Of a stretch of 53,663 bases of DNA, positions 6,168 to 14,526 are shown one piece after another (positions within the stretch are counted from its first letter, which is position 1; the number at the start of each line of letters is the position of its first letter). The translations under genes were made by a program, and so were the position numbers. Source of the DNA: a virus (Duplodnaviria > Caudoviricetes); the IMG/VR virus record IMGVR_UViG_3300037424_000334, positions 1 through 53,663 of that record; one strand, 5' to 3'. The notes under the pieces are model-generated. The model was not told the DNA's origin. It was given only the letters and a program-made list of their open reading frames with translations, and did no database searches.

Positions 6168-7733
6168 ATGGCATATTCGACGAAAAAAGACGCTGCGCAA
6201 GACGGGAAGAACGCGGTCGCAGAGCCGTGCTCCGCCTACAATTACATGATCCCGAAGTGGGAGATGATGGAAGCCCTCCTCGGTGGCACGGCGACGATGC
6301 GCCAGTGCCCGGAATACCTCCCGCAGCACTCCGCCGAGGACATCAAGGACTACGACGCGCGCCTCGCGAACACCACCCTCTACAACGTCACCGAACTCAC
6401 GTTGAACAGCCTTGTCGGTCGTGTGTTCCGCGAGCCCATCACGTTGAACGACGATATTCCTTCTCAGATCATCGACATCGCCGAAAACATTGACGCGCAG
6501 GGCACCGACATTTCGACGTTCTGTTCGCAGTGGTTCCGCGAATCTATGGCGAAGGGCTTTGCGCATGTGTTCATCGACATGCCCTCGATCTCCGACGAGG
6601 AGAAGAAGACGCGGACCAAGGCTGACGACCTCAAGGAGAATCGTCGCCCATTCTGGTCGCTCCTCAAGCCCGAGAATGTGATCTTCATGTACTGGGAAAA
6701 GAGCGGCGGCATCGAGAAGCTCGCGCACGTTCGTATCGTGGAGTGTGAAGTCACGCTCGACGGATTCGTGGAGACATACCGCACGCGCATCCGCGTTCTC
6801 ACGCCGGGCACCTGGGCGCTGTGGGAAAACAAGAACGAGGGCAAGAAGGGTCGCAAGCCACAGTGGGAAGAAGTGGAATCTGGCACCTACGACATCGACG
6901 AAATCCCCATCGTGACATTCTACACCGACAAGCGTGGACCGATGATGGCGAAGCCGCCTCTCGAAGACCTCGCGTATCTGAACATTCGTCACTGGCAATC
7001 CACTTCGGACCAGATGAACGTCCTCACGGTCGCCCGCTTCCCCATGCTGGCCGCGAGCGGCACCGCCGTAGAATCCGGCAAGTCCTCCATGCCTATCGGC
7101 CCGCGCCAACTTCTCACGATGCGCGACCCGAACGGGCGCTTCTACTACGTCGAACACACGGGCCGCGCGATCACCGCCGGTAAGGAAGACATCGAGGGCC
7201 TTGAGGACCGGATGTCGGCTTATGGCGCGGAGTTCTTGCGCCGTCAGATTTCAGGACGCACCGCGTTCGAGCGGAACATGGACACGAACGAAGCCATCTC
7301 GCCGTTGAAGGCCATGGCGACTCTGTTCGAGAGCGCCGTCCGCCAAGCGCTGGAGATCACGGCGGAGTGGCTCAGCATCGACGAAGGCGGCACCGTCAAG
7401 GTCAACAAGGAATACACCGAGACCGAAGACAAGGCCAGCCCGATGCAGATTCTCGGCGAGGCCCGCAAGCGCGGCGACATCTCGGTTGAGACGTGGATCA
7501 CCGAAGCGATCCGCCATCACATCCTCGACGACACCATCGACGTTAAAGCCGAAATCGGTCGTCTCAAGTCCGAGGCGAAAGAGGGTCCGCACCCGCCGAC
7601 CTACTACGCGGCGCAGTTGCAGGTCCAAGGTAAGCTGGCGGAGGACGGCGAGGTCACCACTGACGAGGGCGATCAAAAGGTCCTCCCGAAGGGTAAGAAA
7701 GCGAAGCCCGCAGCAGCGAACGCACCAGTATAA
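6168..7733 (+). CDS. portal protein (DUF4055-type)
   Basis: LLGGTATMR..YLPQ..Y..RL, KPPLEDLAYLNIRHWQSTSD motifs; follows TerL. Confidence 0.88.
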   Translation: MAYSTKKDAAQDGKNAVAEPCSAYNYMIPKWEMMEALLGGTATMRQCPEYLPQHSAEDIKDYDARLANTTLYNVTELTLNSLVGRVFREPITLNDDIPSQIIDIAENIDAQGTDISTFCSQWFRESMAKGFAHVFIDMPSISDEEKKTRTKADDLKENRRPFWSLLKPENVIFMYWEKSGGIEKLAHVRIVECEVTLDGFVETYRTRIRVLTPGTWALWENKNEGKKGRKPQWEEVESGTYDIDEIPIVTFYTDKRGPMMAKPPLEDLAYLNIRHWQSTSDQMNVLTVARFPMLAASGTAVESGKSSMPIGPRQLLTMRDPNGRFYYVEHTGRAITAGKEDIEGLEDRMSAYGAEFLRRQISGRTAFERNMDTNEAISPLKAMATLFESAVRQALEITAEWLSIDEGGTVKVNKEYTETEDKASPMQILGEARKRGDISVETWITEAIRHHILDDTIDVKAEIGRLKSEAKEGPHPPTYYAAQLQVQGKLAEDGEVTTDEGDQKVLPKGKKAKPAAANAPV

Positions 7734-7745
7734 CAGGGGTCATAC

Positions 7746-8240
7746 ATGACAGTCGTGGCGTATTCGAGCAAGCATCGCGTGATGGCGGCTGACAGCCGGT
7801 TCTCTGACAATTCCGAACTCGGGCTCCATGTCACCCACGGGCAGAAAATCTTCCGGCTCAAGAACGGCGCGTTGCTGGGCACCGCCGGGGATGACGACGC
7901 CCGCGAGCTTATGGTTTTGCTAGGCAAGGCTACTGCGCGAAAGATGCCTTCTCGCGAACAACTCGCTGAAACGAAGACGGAGCTTCATGGGATCATGGTA
8001 TTCCCCAAAGGCGAGGTCTTCATCATCGACGTGCGGTATATCGAACGCGATGGCGACGGCGAGTGGACCGGTATCGTTACGCCCATCCTCGATGATGTTG
8101 TCGCGGTAGGCCACGGAATGGAGTTTGCCTACGGGGCGATGGACAGTGGCAAGGACCCGCAGGCCGCAGTTCGCGCCGCCTGCAAACGTGACTCCACTTG
8201 CGCGCTGCCTGTGCAGTGGGAAAGCATCGACGCGAAATGA
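7746..8240 (+). CDS. HslV/proteasome-like Ntn-hydrolase
   Basis: N-terminal MT, AADS, KI, G-x-AG and AVGxG..AYGAM motifs. Confidence 0.75.
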   Translation: MTVVAYSSKHRVMAADSRFSDNSELGLHVTHGQKIFRLKNGALLGTAGDDDARELMVLLGKATARKMPSREQLAETKTELHGIMVFPKGEVFIIDVRYIERDGDGEWTGIVTPILDDVVAVGHGMEFAYGAMDSGKDPQAAVRAACKRDSTCALPVQWESIDAK

Positions 8241-8488
8241 GTAACGTGATCCCCATCGTGACGGATACAGGCATCGTTGAACTCCTGGAAGCGGCGCTGC
8301 GCCGCGCCAAGGAAGGCCGTGTTCTCTGTCTTGCTATCGCCGAGTATGGCCCAGCAGATGGGAGCCCTAAGCGGGAGGTGCGCGTTTCGTATCAGGAGCC
8401 GAACGGCGATCCGCTCGCGATCCTGGCCGTGGCCGGTGGATTGGCGAAGCTCCAAGCCCATGCTCTGGAAGATGTGCAGACCTCATGA
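8237..8488 (+). CDS. hypothetical protein
   Basis: ATGA overlaps at both ends. Confidence 0.65.
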   Translation: MSNVIPIVTDTGIVELLEAALRRAKEGRVLCLAIAEYGPADGSPKREVRVSYQEPNGDPLAILAVAGGLAKLQAHALEDVQTS

Positions 8489-9054
8489 CCGACGCGCTTG
8501 CCGTAATCAACACCGATCACTTCGACACGCTTATCCTCGCGGGCACTCTCGACGAGAAGCGCAAGCACATCTTCCTGCGCGTGCTCGCCGAGACCGCGAA
8601 CCTGAAGCTGGCTGCGAACGCCGCCGGATACAAGAACACCGCTGCCATCAATAAAGCACGTAAGAACGACGCGGCGTTCGATGCTGCTGTGATCGAAGCG
8701 GCGGAAGCCGCAGCCGACATGTTGGAAGCGGAGGCCGTGCGCCGCGCGACCCAGGGTGTGAAGAAGAATGTGTTCTTCAAGGGTGAGAAGATCGACGAGG
8801 AGATCAATTACAGCGACTCGCTCCTTGCGCTGCTTCTGAAAGCGGCCAAACCGGAGAAGTACAGCGAGCGCGTGCGCCAGGATACGAATGTGAACGTGCG
8901 CGTCGGCATCGCTGTGCTGCCTTCCACCTCCAAAAGCCTGGAGCACTGGGAGCGGGAATCTGTGGCGGTTCGCGCTGCGCAGAAGCTCTTGCCGGGCAAC
9001 GAAGCGCTCGATGCAGAATACACCGAAGTCACGCCGAAGCTGACGCGAGGTTGA
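8485..9054 (+). CDS. putative terminase small subunit
   Basis: HTH-like N-terminus; LEAEAVRRA-GV..VFFKG..YSDSLL.LLLKA.KPEKY motif. Confidence 0.7.
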   Translation: MTDALAVINTDHFDTLILAGTLDEKRKHIFLRVLAETANLKLAANAAGYKNTAAINKARKNDAAFDAAVIEAAEAAADMLEAEAVRRATQGVKKNVFFKGEKIDEEINYSDSLLALLLKAAKPEKYSERVRQDTNVNVRVGIAVLPSTSKSLEHWERESVAVRAAQKLLPGNEALDAEYTEVTPKLTRG

Positions 9055-9079
9055 CAGATGGTGCGGAATCATGTAAGTG
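9051..9079 (+). promoter_or_regulatory. putative sigma70 promoter for scaffold gene
   Basis: TTGACA-17-TAAGTG. Confidence 0.45.
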
Positions 9080-9112
9080 TCATTCTAATCATCCAGAGGA
9101 GGGACTAGGCCT

Positions 9113-9940
9113 ATGTGGGATTTCATCAAGAACGCTACCGTTGACAGTTTGGATTCGGTGCCGGAGCAATTCCGGTTCCTCTATGCCGAGGGGGCCGACA
9201 AGAAGTTCACGATCTCCCCACAGGCCAAGCCCATCGTCGATGCCTACACCGGCACGAACGCTTCACTCGAAAAGACCCGCAAGGACCTCGCGGCAGCGAA
9301 CGGCGAGTCCGCTTCGCGCCGGGTGACCAAGACAGCGGTCATCGAGTTTGCGAAGAAGCTCGGCCTGGAGAACATCGACGAGGAGAATCCTCTCGCGGCG
9401 CTCGAAACGCACTACACTGATTTGGTCGGCAAAATCGGTAAGGGCGGCGAACTCAAGGTCAACCTTGAGAACATCAAAAAGGATTACGAGGCCCGCAACA
9501 AGTCGATCTCGGATGCTGCGGCGGCGCAAGTCGCCACGATGCAGGCCTCCCTCGACGAGCACATGATCGGCGGCACCACCCTGGCCGCGCTTACGAAACA
9601 CGGCGGCAACCCCGCGTTTCTCACCGACATCGTGGCAAAGCGCGCCAAAGTTGTGAAGGACGAGAACGGCAAGTACAGTGTTCGCATCATGGACGATGCG
9701 GGTTCACCGCGCTCGGACGGGGCTGGCGGCTGGCTCAACATCGACGGCTACGTCGCCGAATTGAAAGGCAACGCGACTTACGGCGCAGCGTTCGCCAGCG
9801 AGACCAAGAGCGGCACCGGAGTCAAGCCGGGTGCGAGCCAGCAGACCCAGCAGAAGAAGCCGGGCGAAGAGAAGACGGCCAACGAGAAGATCGCAGCCGG
9901 TCTCGCGAAGGTGGGCAACTACCAACGCGGTGCCGCATAA
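9113..9940 (+). CDS. head scaffolding protein
   Basis: VDSLDSVPE.FR.LY N-terminus, coiled coil, C-terminal EKIAAGL; precedes MCP. Confidence 0.8.
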   Translation: MWDFIKNATVDSLDSVPEQFRFLYAEGADKKFTISPQAKPIVDAYTGTNASLEKTRKDLAAANGESASRRVTKTAVIEFAKKLGLENIDEENPLAALETHYTDLVGKIGKGGELKVNLENIKKDYEARNKSISDAAAAQVATMQASLDEHMIGGTTLAALTKHGGNPAFLTDIVAKRAKVVKDENGKYSVRIMDDAGSPRSDGAGGWLNIDGYVAELKGNATYGAAFASETKSGTGVKPGASQQTQQKKPGEEKTANEKIAAGLAKVGNYQRGAA

Positions 9941-9961
9941 AGTCCGGTTTATTTCGAGATT

Positions 9962-10001
9962 GAATCGAGGGCTCCGTATAAAACCGGAGCCCTTTCGATT
10001 C
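9962..10001 (+). terminator. stem-loop / likely terminator
   Basis: GAATCGAGGGCTCCG...CGGAGCCCTTTCGATTC inverted repeat. Confidence 0.55.
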
Positions 10002-10009
10002 GTGATGGG

Positions 10010-10038
10010 TTGACTTTCCAGTTTCCGTCTGCTATGTC
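10010..10038 (+). promoter_or_regulatory. putative promoter for major capsid gene
   Basis: TTGACT-17-TATGTC. Confidence 0.5.
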
Positions 10039-10208
10039 TCGCAATCGAAGGCGACTTCGTTCCGAGGACAGGTCCTCGTTGAGTGAAGTCGAGGTAAGAC
10101 TTCTCCGGGTGATCCGGGGCTGTCAGGAAGGCGGTGGGATACCGCGCCTCTCTGCCAAACCCAGGTTTTGTCACCGCGCCACAGGCGCATCAACCGGAGG
10201 CTCCTCCC

Positions 10209-11189
10209 ATGCCCACAGTCACCCTTGCAGAATCCGCAAAGCTCGCACAGAACGAACTCGTTGCTGGCGTGATCGAGAACATCATCACGGTGAACCGCTT
10301 CTATCAGGTTCTCCCGTTCGATGGCATTGAGGGCAACGCCCTCGCGTACAACCGTGAAAACGCACTCGGCCCGGTCGCAACGGTCGGCGTGGGTGACACG
10401 GACGGCGACATCGGCGCAGGCGCAACGACTGGCAACAACCAGACCGAGCGTCAGGCTGCGAAGGACGCCGCAACCTTCACGCAGGTTACCAGCACCCTGA
10501 CGACCATCATGGGTGACGCGGAAGTCAACGGCCTCATCCAGGCGACTCGTTCGGGCGACGGCAACAACCAGACCGCCGTTCAGATCGCATCGAAGTCCAA
10601 GAGCGCTGGCCGCAAGTACCAGGACCTCCTCATCAACGGTGACGGCACGAACTACACGTTCGCCGGTCTCATCGCGCTGTGCGCGGCGGGGCAGACCATC
10701 GACACTGGCGTGGACGGTTCCGCGCTCTCGTTCGAACTCATGGACGAGACCATGGACGCCGTTATCGACAAGGACGGCGAGGTGGACTACCTCACGATGA
10801 ACCAGCGCGACATCCGCAGCATGAACAAGCTGCTGCGCGATCTCGGCGGCACGTCGGCGATGGACGCAATCCAGTTGCCGAGCGGCGCAGAGGTTCCGGC
10901 TTACCGTGGAACGCCTGTGTTCCGTAACGACTACATCCCCATCGACCAGGATCAGGGCACGAGCGTGGGCGTATGCTCCACGATCTTCGCCGGAACGCTT
11001 GACGACGGCTCGCGCCAGCACGGCATCGCCGGACTGACGGCCAGCCAGCAGGCCGGTGTCCACGTCGTCGATGTCGGCGAGTCCGAGACGAAGGACGAGC
11101 GCATCTGGCGTGTGAAGTGGTACGCCGGGCTCGCGCTGTTCAGCGAAAAGGGCCTCGCAATGGCTCCGGGTATCAAGGTCCCGGTCTAA
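10209..11189 (+). CDS. major capsid protein
   Basis: MPTVTLAESAKL..ELVAGVIENII..LPF..IEGNALAYNRE and RVKWYAGLALF motifs, resembling YuA/phiJL001-like capsids; GGAGG RBS. Confidence 0.92.
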   Translation: MPTVTLAESAKLAQNELVAGVIENIITVNRFYQVLPFDGIEGNALAYNRENALGPVATVGVGDTDGDIGAGATTGNNQTERQAAKDAATFTQVTSTLTTIMGDAEVNGLIQATRSGDGNNQTAVQIASKSKSAGRKYQDLLINGDGTNYTFAGLIALCAAGQTIDTGVDGSALSFELMDETMDAVIDKDGEVDYLTMNQRDIRSMNKLLRDLGGTSAMDAIQLPSGAEVPAYRGTPVFRNDYIPIDQDQGTSVGVCSTIFAGTLDDGSRQHGIAGLTASQQAGVHVVDVGESETKDERIWRVKWYAGLALFSEKGLAMAPGIKVPV

Positions 11190-11204
11190 GACCTGAAATG
11201 AGCG

Positions 11205-11233
11205 AGGGCCGGGTTTACAAGACCCGGCCCTTC
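11205..11233 (+). terminator. stem-loop after MCP
   Basis: AGGGCCGGGT-TTACAAG-ACCCGGCCCT. Confidence 0.6.
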
Positions 11234-11271
11234 CTCTATCCTCCAATCTCAAGTTTATCGGGAGGCCACCC

Positions 11272-12243
11272 ATGGCTGCGACTCCGTACCTCATTCAAAT
11301 GCCTTCGCTCGACTCTTGGCCCGCTCGTGCGCTCAAGAACGGTGTGTCGGCAATGGCGATCAACGCTGAAGCAACTGCCGACGTGAAGGCGATGGCGAAG
11401 GCGGCGAACGATGGTCCGGGCGCTGCACAGTGGGACAACGCCACCGTCACTGCTATCGCGGCTGCCGCCGATCTGAACGGATGGGGCCTGCGTCTCAAGA
11501 TTTCGAGCCCGACTGGAAACGTCATCTTCGACGAGACTGTTGAAGCTGCTGGCGCTGCTGTCGGCATCACGGCAGCGACGGGAATCCTCACGCTCGCTGG
11601 TATCCCGGCGGACGGAGACACGGTTACCATCGGCTCCACGGTCTACACCTGGGAGACCGGTGCAGTTGACGCGGCCTTCAAGGTGAAGGCTGAAACCAGC
11701 GCCGCAGTCAGCCTTGTACATCTCGTGAAGGCGATCAATCTTACCGGCGTCGAAGGCACCGACTACGGTGCGGGCACCACGATCCACCCGACTGTCAGCG
11801 CGGCTGACGGCGCGGGCGACACTGTGGACCTCACGGCCAAGACACTCGGCACGGCGGGCAACTCGATTGCCACGACCGAGGTTGGCGCGAACACCTCGTT
11901 CGGCGCGGCCACGCTTACCGGTGGTGCTGATGGCACGGACGTTCTTTCTTCCCTCGCTTCGCTCATGATGACCGCCCTCAACGCGACCGCCGACATCGCG
12001 GGCGCAGCGTTCACGTCCTCGACGAACGTCCTCACCGTGGCCGCTGCGAGCGATGTGCTCGGCGACCACCTCGTCGAAGCGATCATGGTTCCGCCGGATG
12101 CCGAGGAGAATGATGTCGGCGTGCCCGGCTTCGTGACTTCCATCACCGATGGTGGTCTCGCGTCGGCTGCGTTGTCGGTTGACTTCGCCGCCGACAACTA
12201 TGCCGTTCCCAAGGTCTTCGCGCTTCTCGGCGCGGCAACGTAA
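11272..12243 (+). CDS. virion structural (head decoration-like) protein carrying the 117-aa module
   Basis: Ala/Thr-rich; paralog of 12257-12850; directly after MCP. Confidence 0.75.
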   Translation: MAATPYLIQMPSLDSWPARALKNGVSAMAINAEATADVKAMAKAANDGPGAAQWDNATVTAIAAAADLNGWGLRLKISSPTGNVIFDETVEAAGAAVGITAATGILTLAGIPADGDTVTIGSTVYTWETGAVDAAFKVKAETSAAVSLVHLVKAINLTGVEGTDYGAGTTIHPTVSAADGAGDTVDLTAKTLGTAGNSIATTEVGANTSFGAATLTGGADGTDVLSSLASLMMTALNATADIAGAAFTSSTNVLTVAAASDVLGDHLVEAIMVPPDAEENDVGVPGFVTSITDGGLASAALSVDFAADNYAVPKVFALLGAAT

Positions 12244-12256
12244 ACAGGAGGCAACC

Positions 12257-12850
12257 ATGCCCGCATACGCAGTGACTTTTGACGAGGCCGAGTTCTCCGG
12301 CGTGGGTTCGCGCAATGGCGTGCGTGGTGCTGTCGTATTTGCGGCAGACGCCAATGACGCCAAGGCGCTCCTCAAGGCGCAGGGTGCAGCGGACATCGAC
12401 GCGGCCTGGGATGGCGCGACCTACACGGAAATCGCGGCAGGGGCAAACTTCGTCGGCTGGACGCTGCGTGTTGCCGTGACGCACCCGACCACGCACGCCG
12501 AAGTCTACGACATCGAAGTCGTGGGCGCAGGCGCGAACGACACCGTGGACGAGATCGCCGCCCTCATGGTCACGGCTCTCGAAGCTGCCGGTGCTGCATT
12601 GCTCACGCCGTCCTATGACGCCGGAACGAACATCCTCACCGTGGCCGCGATTGGTGACGCCATTGGCGACCACAACCTCCAGGCATTTTGGTACCCGCCG
12701 CAGGACGCCGTGAACGAGCGGCGCATTTCGGTGCCGGGCTTCATCGGCGCAATTGTGGATGCCGGAGTCGCGGCTGCGGTTCTGACGGTTACCCTCGGTG
12801 CCGACGCGAAGACGGTCCCGGCAGTCACCACGATGTTCAAAGGGGAGTAA
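12257..12850 (+). CDS. virion structural protein, paralog lacking the module
   Basis: Shares NGV, WDxAT, GWxLR, TNxLTVAA, GDH and VPGF motifs with upstream gene; AGGAGG RBS. Confidence 0.75.
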   Translation: MPAYAVTFDEAEFSGVGSRNGVRGAVVFAADANDAKALLKAQGAADIDAAWDGATYTEIAAGANFVGWTLRVAVTHPTTHAEVYDIEVVGAGANDTVDEIAALMVTALEAAGAALLTPSYDAGTNILTVAAIGDAIGDHNLQAFWYPPQDAVNERRISVPGFIGAIVDAGVAAAVLTVTLGADAKTVPAVTTMFKGE

Positions 12851-12898
12851 TATTCACTGCACAGTGAATTTCAGCGGGCGCTGAAAAGGGAGGAATGA

Positions 12899-13492
12899 AT
12901 GAAATTGACAGTTGTGCTGTCCGGCCCTCGGGCTGGATTTACCGGGACGCTCAAGCGTCATAACTTCGTCAAAGGGGAGACCGTCATCGAAGGAACTCCC
13001 CAGCAGGTTGAGGCCGCAGCGCGGTACTTGGCCAGAACGCATCAAGCCTTCCCGGCGGGCTCCGCCGAGTTGAAGGCGCGGATGAAAGGGAAAGCTAATG
13101 GGGTTCAGCATCTCGTTTCGGCAACTGGCCAACCGGGGAATCCAAACGGTGTACAAGGTCACGTCGATGGACAGACCGGGCCGATTCAAGCCCAAGGAGA
13201 TGTTCAACGCGATGGACATGATTCCGGACAAGCCCCCGCAGGGCGAGAGGGGCTGGGTGCCGGTGGGAGTGGACAGTCGGACTCCGGGCTTCACCCGGAC
13301 AAAGTAAAGGCGATCCGGAAAGCGATCCGCGATCTCGACCCGAAGGTCGATGAGCACTGGAGCGACGAAGGCTTGCCCTCCATCGAAGTGGTCTCGGCGG
13401 TGACCAACGACAAGAACGTGACGCGCCGGATGATCGAAGTGGTGGAGCCGAAGTTCAATCGTGAAGCTGCCAAGGAGGCGGCGGAACTGTAA
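12899..13492 (+). CDS. hypothetical head-region protein
   Basis: RBS GGAGG; C-terminal LDP..DEHWS.EGLP motif. Confidence 0.7.
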   Translation: MKLTVVLSGPRAGFTGTLKRHNFVKGETVIEGTPQQVEAAARYLARTHQAFPAGSAELKARMKGKANGVQHLVSATGQPGNPNGVQGHVDGQTGPIQAQGDVQRDGHDSGQAPAGREGLGAGGSGQSDSGLHPDKVKAIRKAIRDLDPKVDEHWSDEGLPSIEVVSAVTNDKNVTRRMIEVVEPKFNREAAKEAAEL

Positions 13493-13494
13493 GG

Positions 13495-13523
13495 TTGCCT
13501 TGCACGGAAGTGCAGCGTATATT
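13495..13523 (+). promoter_or_regulatory. putative promoter
   Basis: TTGCCT-17-TATATT. Confidence 0.45.
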
Positions 13524-13552
13524 CAACCGGTGCCAATCAATAGGAGATCGAC

Positions 13553-13843
13553 ATGGCCGAAGCCCTCTACCTCATTTCCAAGGACCGCCTCGGCGGAGCC
13601 GAAACCTTCCTGAACGGCGTGAACGCTGTCATCATCAATGCGGACGACGGCGCGACTGCTGCGGTCCGCAAGGCTGCGGCTGCTGCCGCCGCTTCGACGC
13701 ACTTCGGCGTGACCTTCCCGGCCACGTACTTCGACACCGAGCAGCTTATCACTGCGGCGTCGGGCGTGCTGAACGACGCGGGTGACGCTTATATCCTCCT
13801 CACGAGCGAGGGCACCGCGAAGGCGAAGGTTGAAGGCGCGTAA
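13553..13843 (+). CDS. small structural protein, related to the N-termini of 11272 and 12257
   Basis: NGVNAVIINA motif; RBS AGGAG. Confidence 0.7.
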   Translation: MAEALYLISKDRLGGAETFLNGVNAVIINADDGATAAVRKAAAAAAASTHFGVTFPATYFDTEQLITAASGVLNDAGDAYILLTSEGTAKAKVEGA

Positions 13844-13846
13844 TCC

Positions 13847-14047
13847 ATGGCTCGGATGCGTATCCCGAGAACGAAGGCTGGCAAGCGGGCTAAGGTTCGC
13901 AAAGTTATGCACGAGTTCAAAGCGGGTGCGCTCCACTCCGGCTCCAAACGTGGTCCCCGCGTGCGGAGCCGGAAACAGGCCATCGCAATCGCTCTCAGTG
14001 AAGCCGGGATGGCTCGCCGCAAGCGTCGGTCACGTAAACGCTATTAA
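13847..14047 (+). CDS. DUF6496-like small basic protein
   Basis: KVMHEFKAGALHSG..VRSRKQAIAIALSEA. Confidence 0.8.
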   Translation: MARMRIPRTKAGKRAKVRKVMHEFKAGALHSGSKRGPRVRSRKQAIAIALSEAGMARRKRRSRKRY

Positions 14048-14059
14048 CAGGAGAGTAAC

Positions 14060-14470
14060 ATGGCCTTGAACCTCAAGTATTCCGCGCTTCTGCGCAATGC
14101 GAAGCTCGACGCGATCACGACTCAGATCGGTACCTCGGCGCTCATCCGCATCTACGACGGCTCGCAGCCTGCAACCCCCGAGACCGCGATTGGAGCCCAG
14201 GTCCTTCTGGCCGAACTCACCGGTAACGCTTCGGCGTTCGCGGCGGCGGCTTCCGCTGGCGTGCTCACGGCCAACGCGATCACGCAGGACTCTTCGGCGA
14301 ACAACACCGGCACGGCGGCGTGGTTCCGCATTCTCACCAGCGGCGCGGTAGCGAAGATCGACGGCACGGTTGGCTTGTCCGGCACGGACATGATTATCAA
14401 CAACACGTCCATCGCTGCCGGTCAAGTCGTGTCCTGTTCGTCTCTGACGATCACCAACGGCAACGCTTAA
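14060..14470 (+). CDS. virion protein (putative head-fibre/spike base)
   Basis: RNAKLDAI..IRIYDGSQPA..NNTGTAAWFRI..DGTVG motif; precedes the repeat fibre gene. Confidence 0.65.
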   Translation: MALNLKYSALLRNAKLDAITTQIGTSALIRIYDGSQPATPETAIGAQVLLAELTGNASAFAAAASAGVLTANAITQDSSANNTGTAAWFRILTSGAVAKIDGTVGLSGTDMIINNTSIAAGQVVSCSSLTITNGNA

Positions 14471-14526
14471 AGCGAAGGTCGCGACGAGTAGCCCCATCGC
14501 TCGTCGCGATCATACGGCGGTGACTC

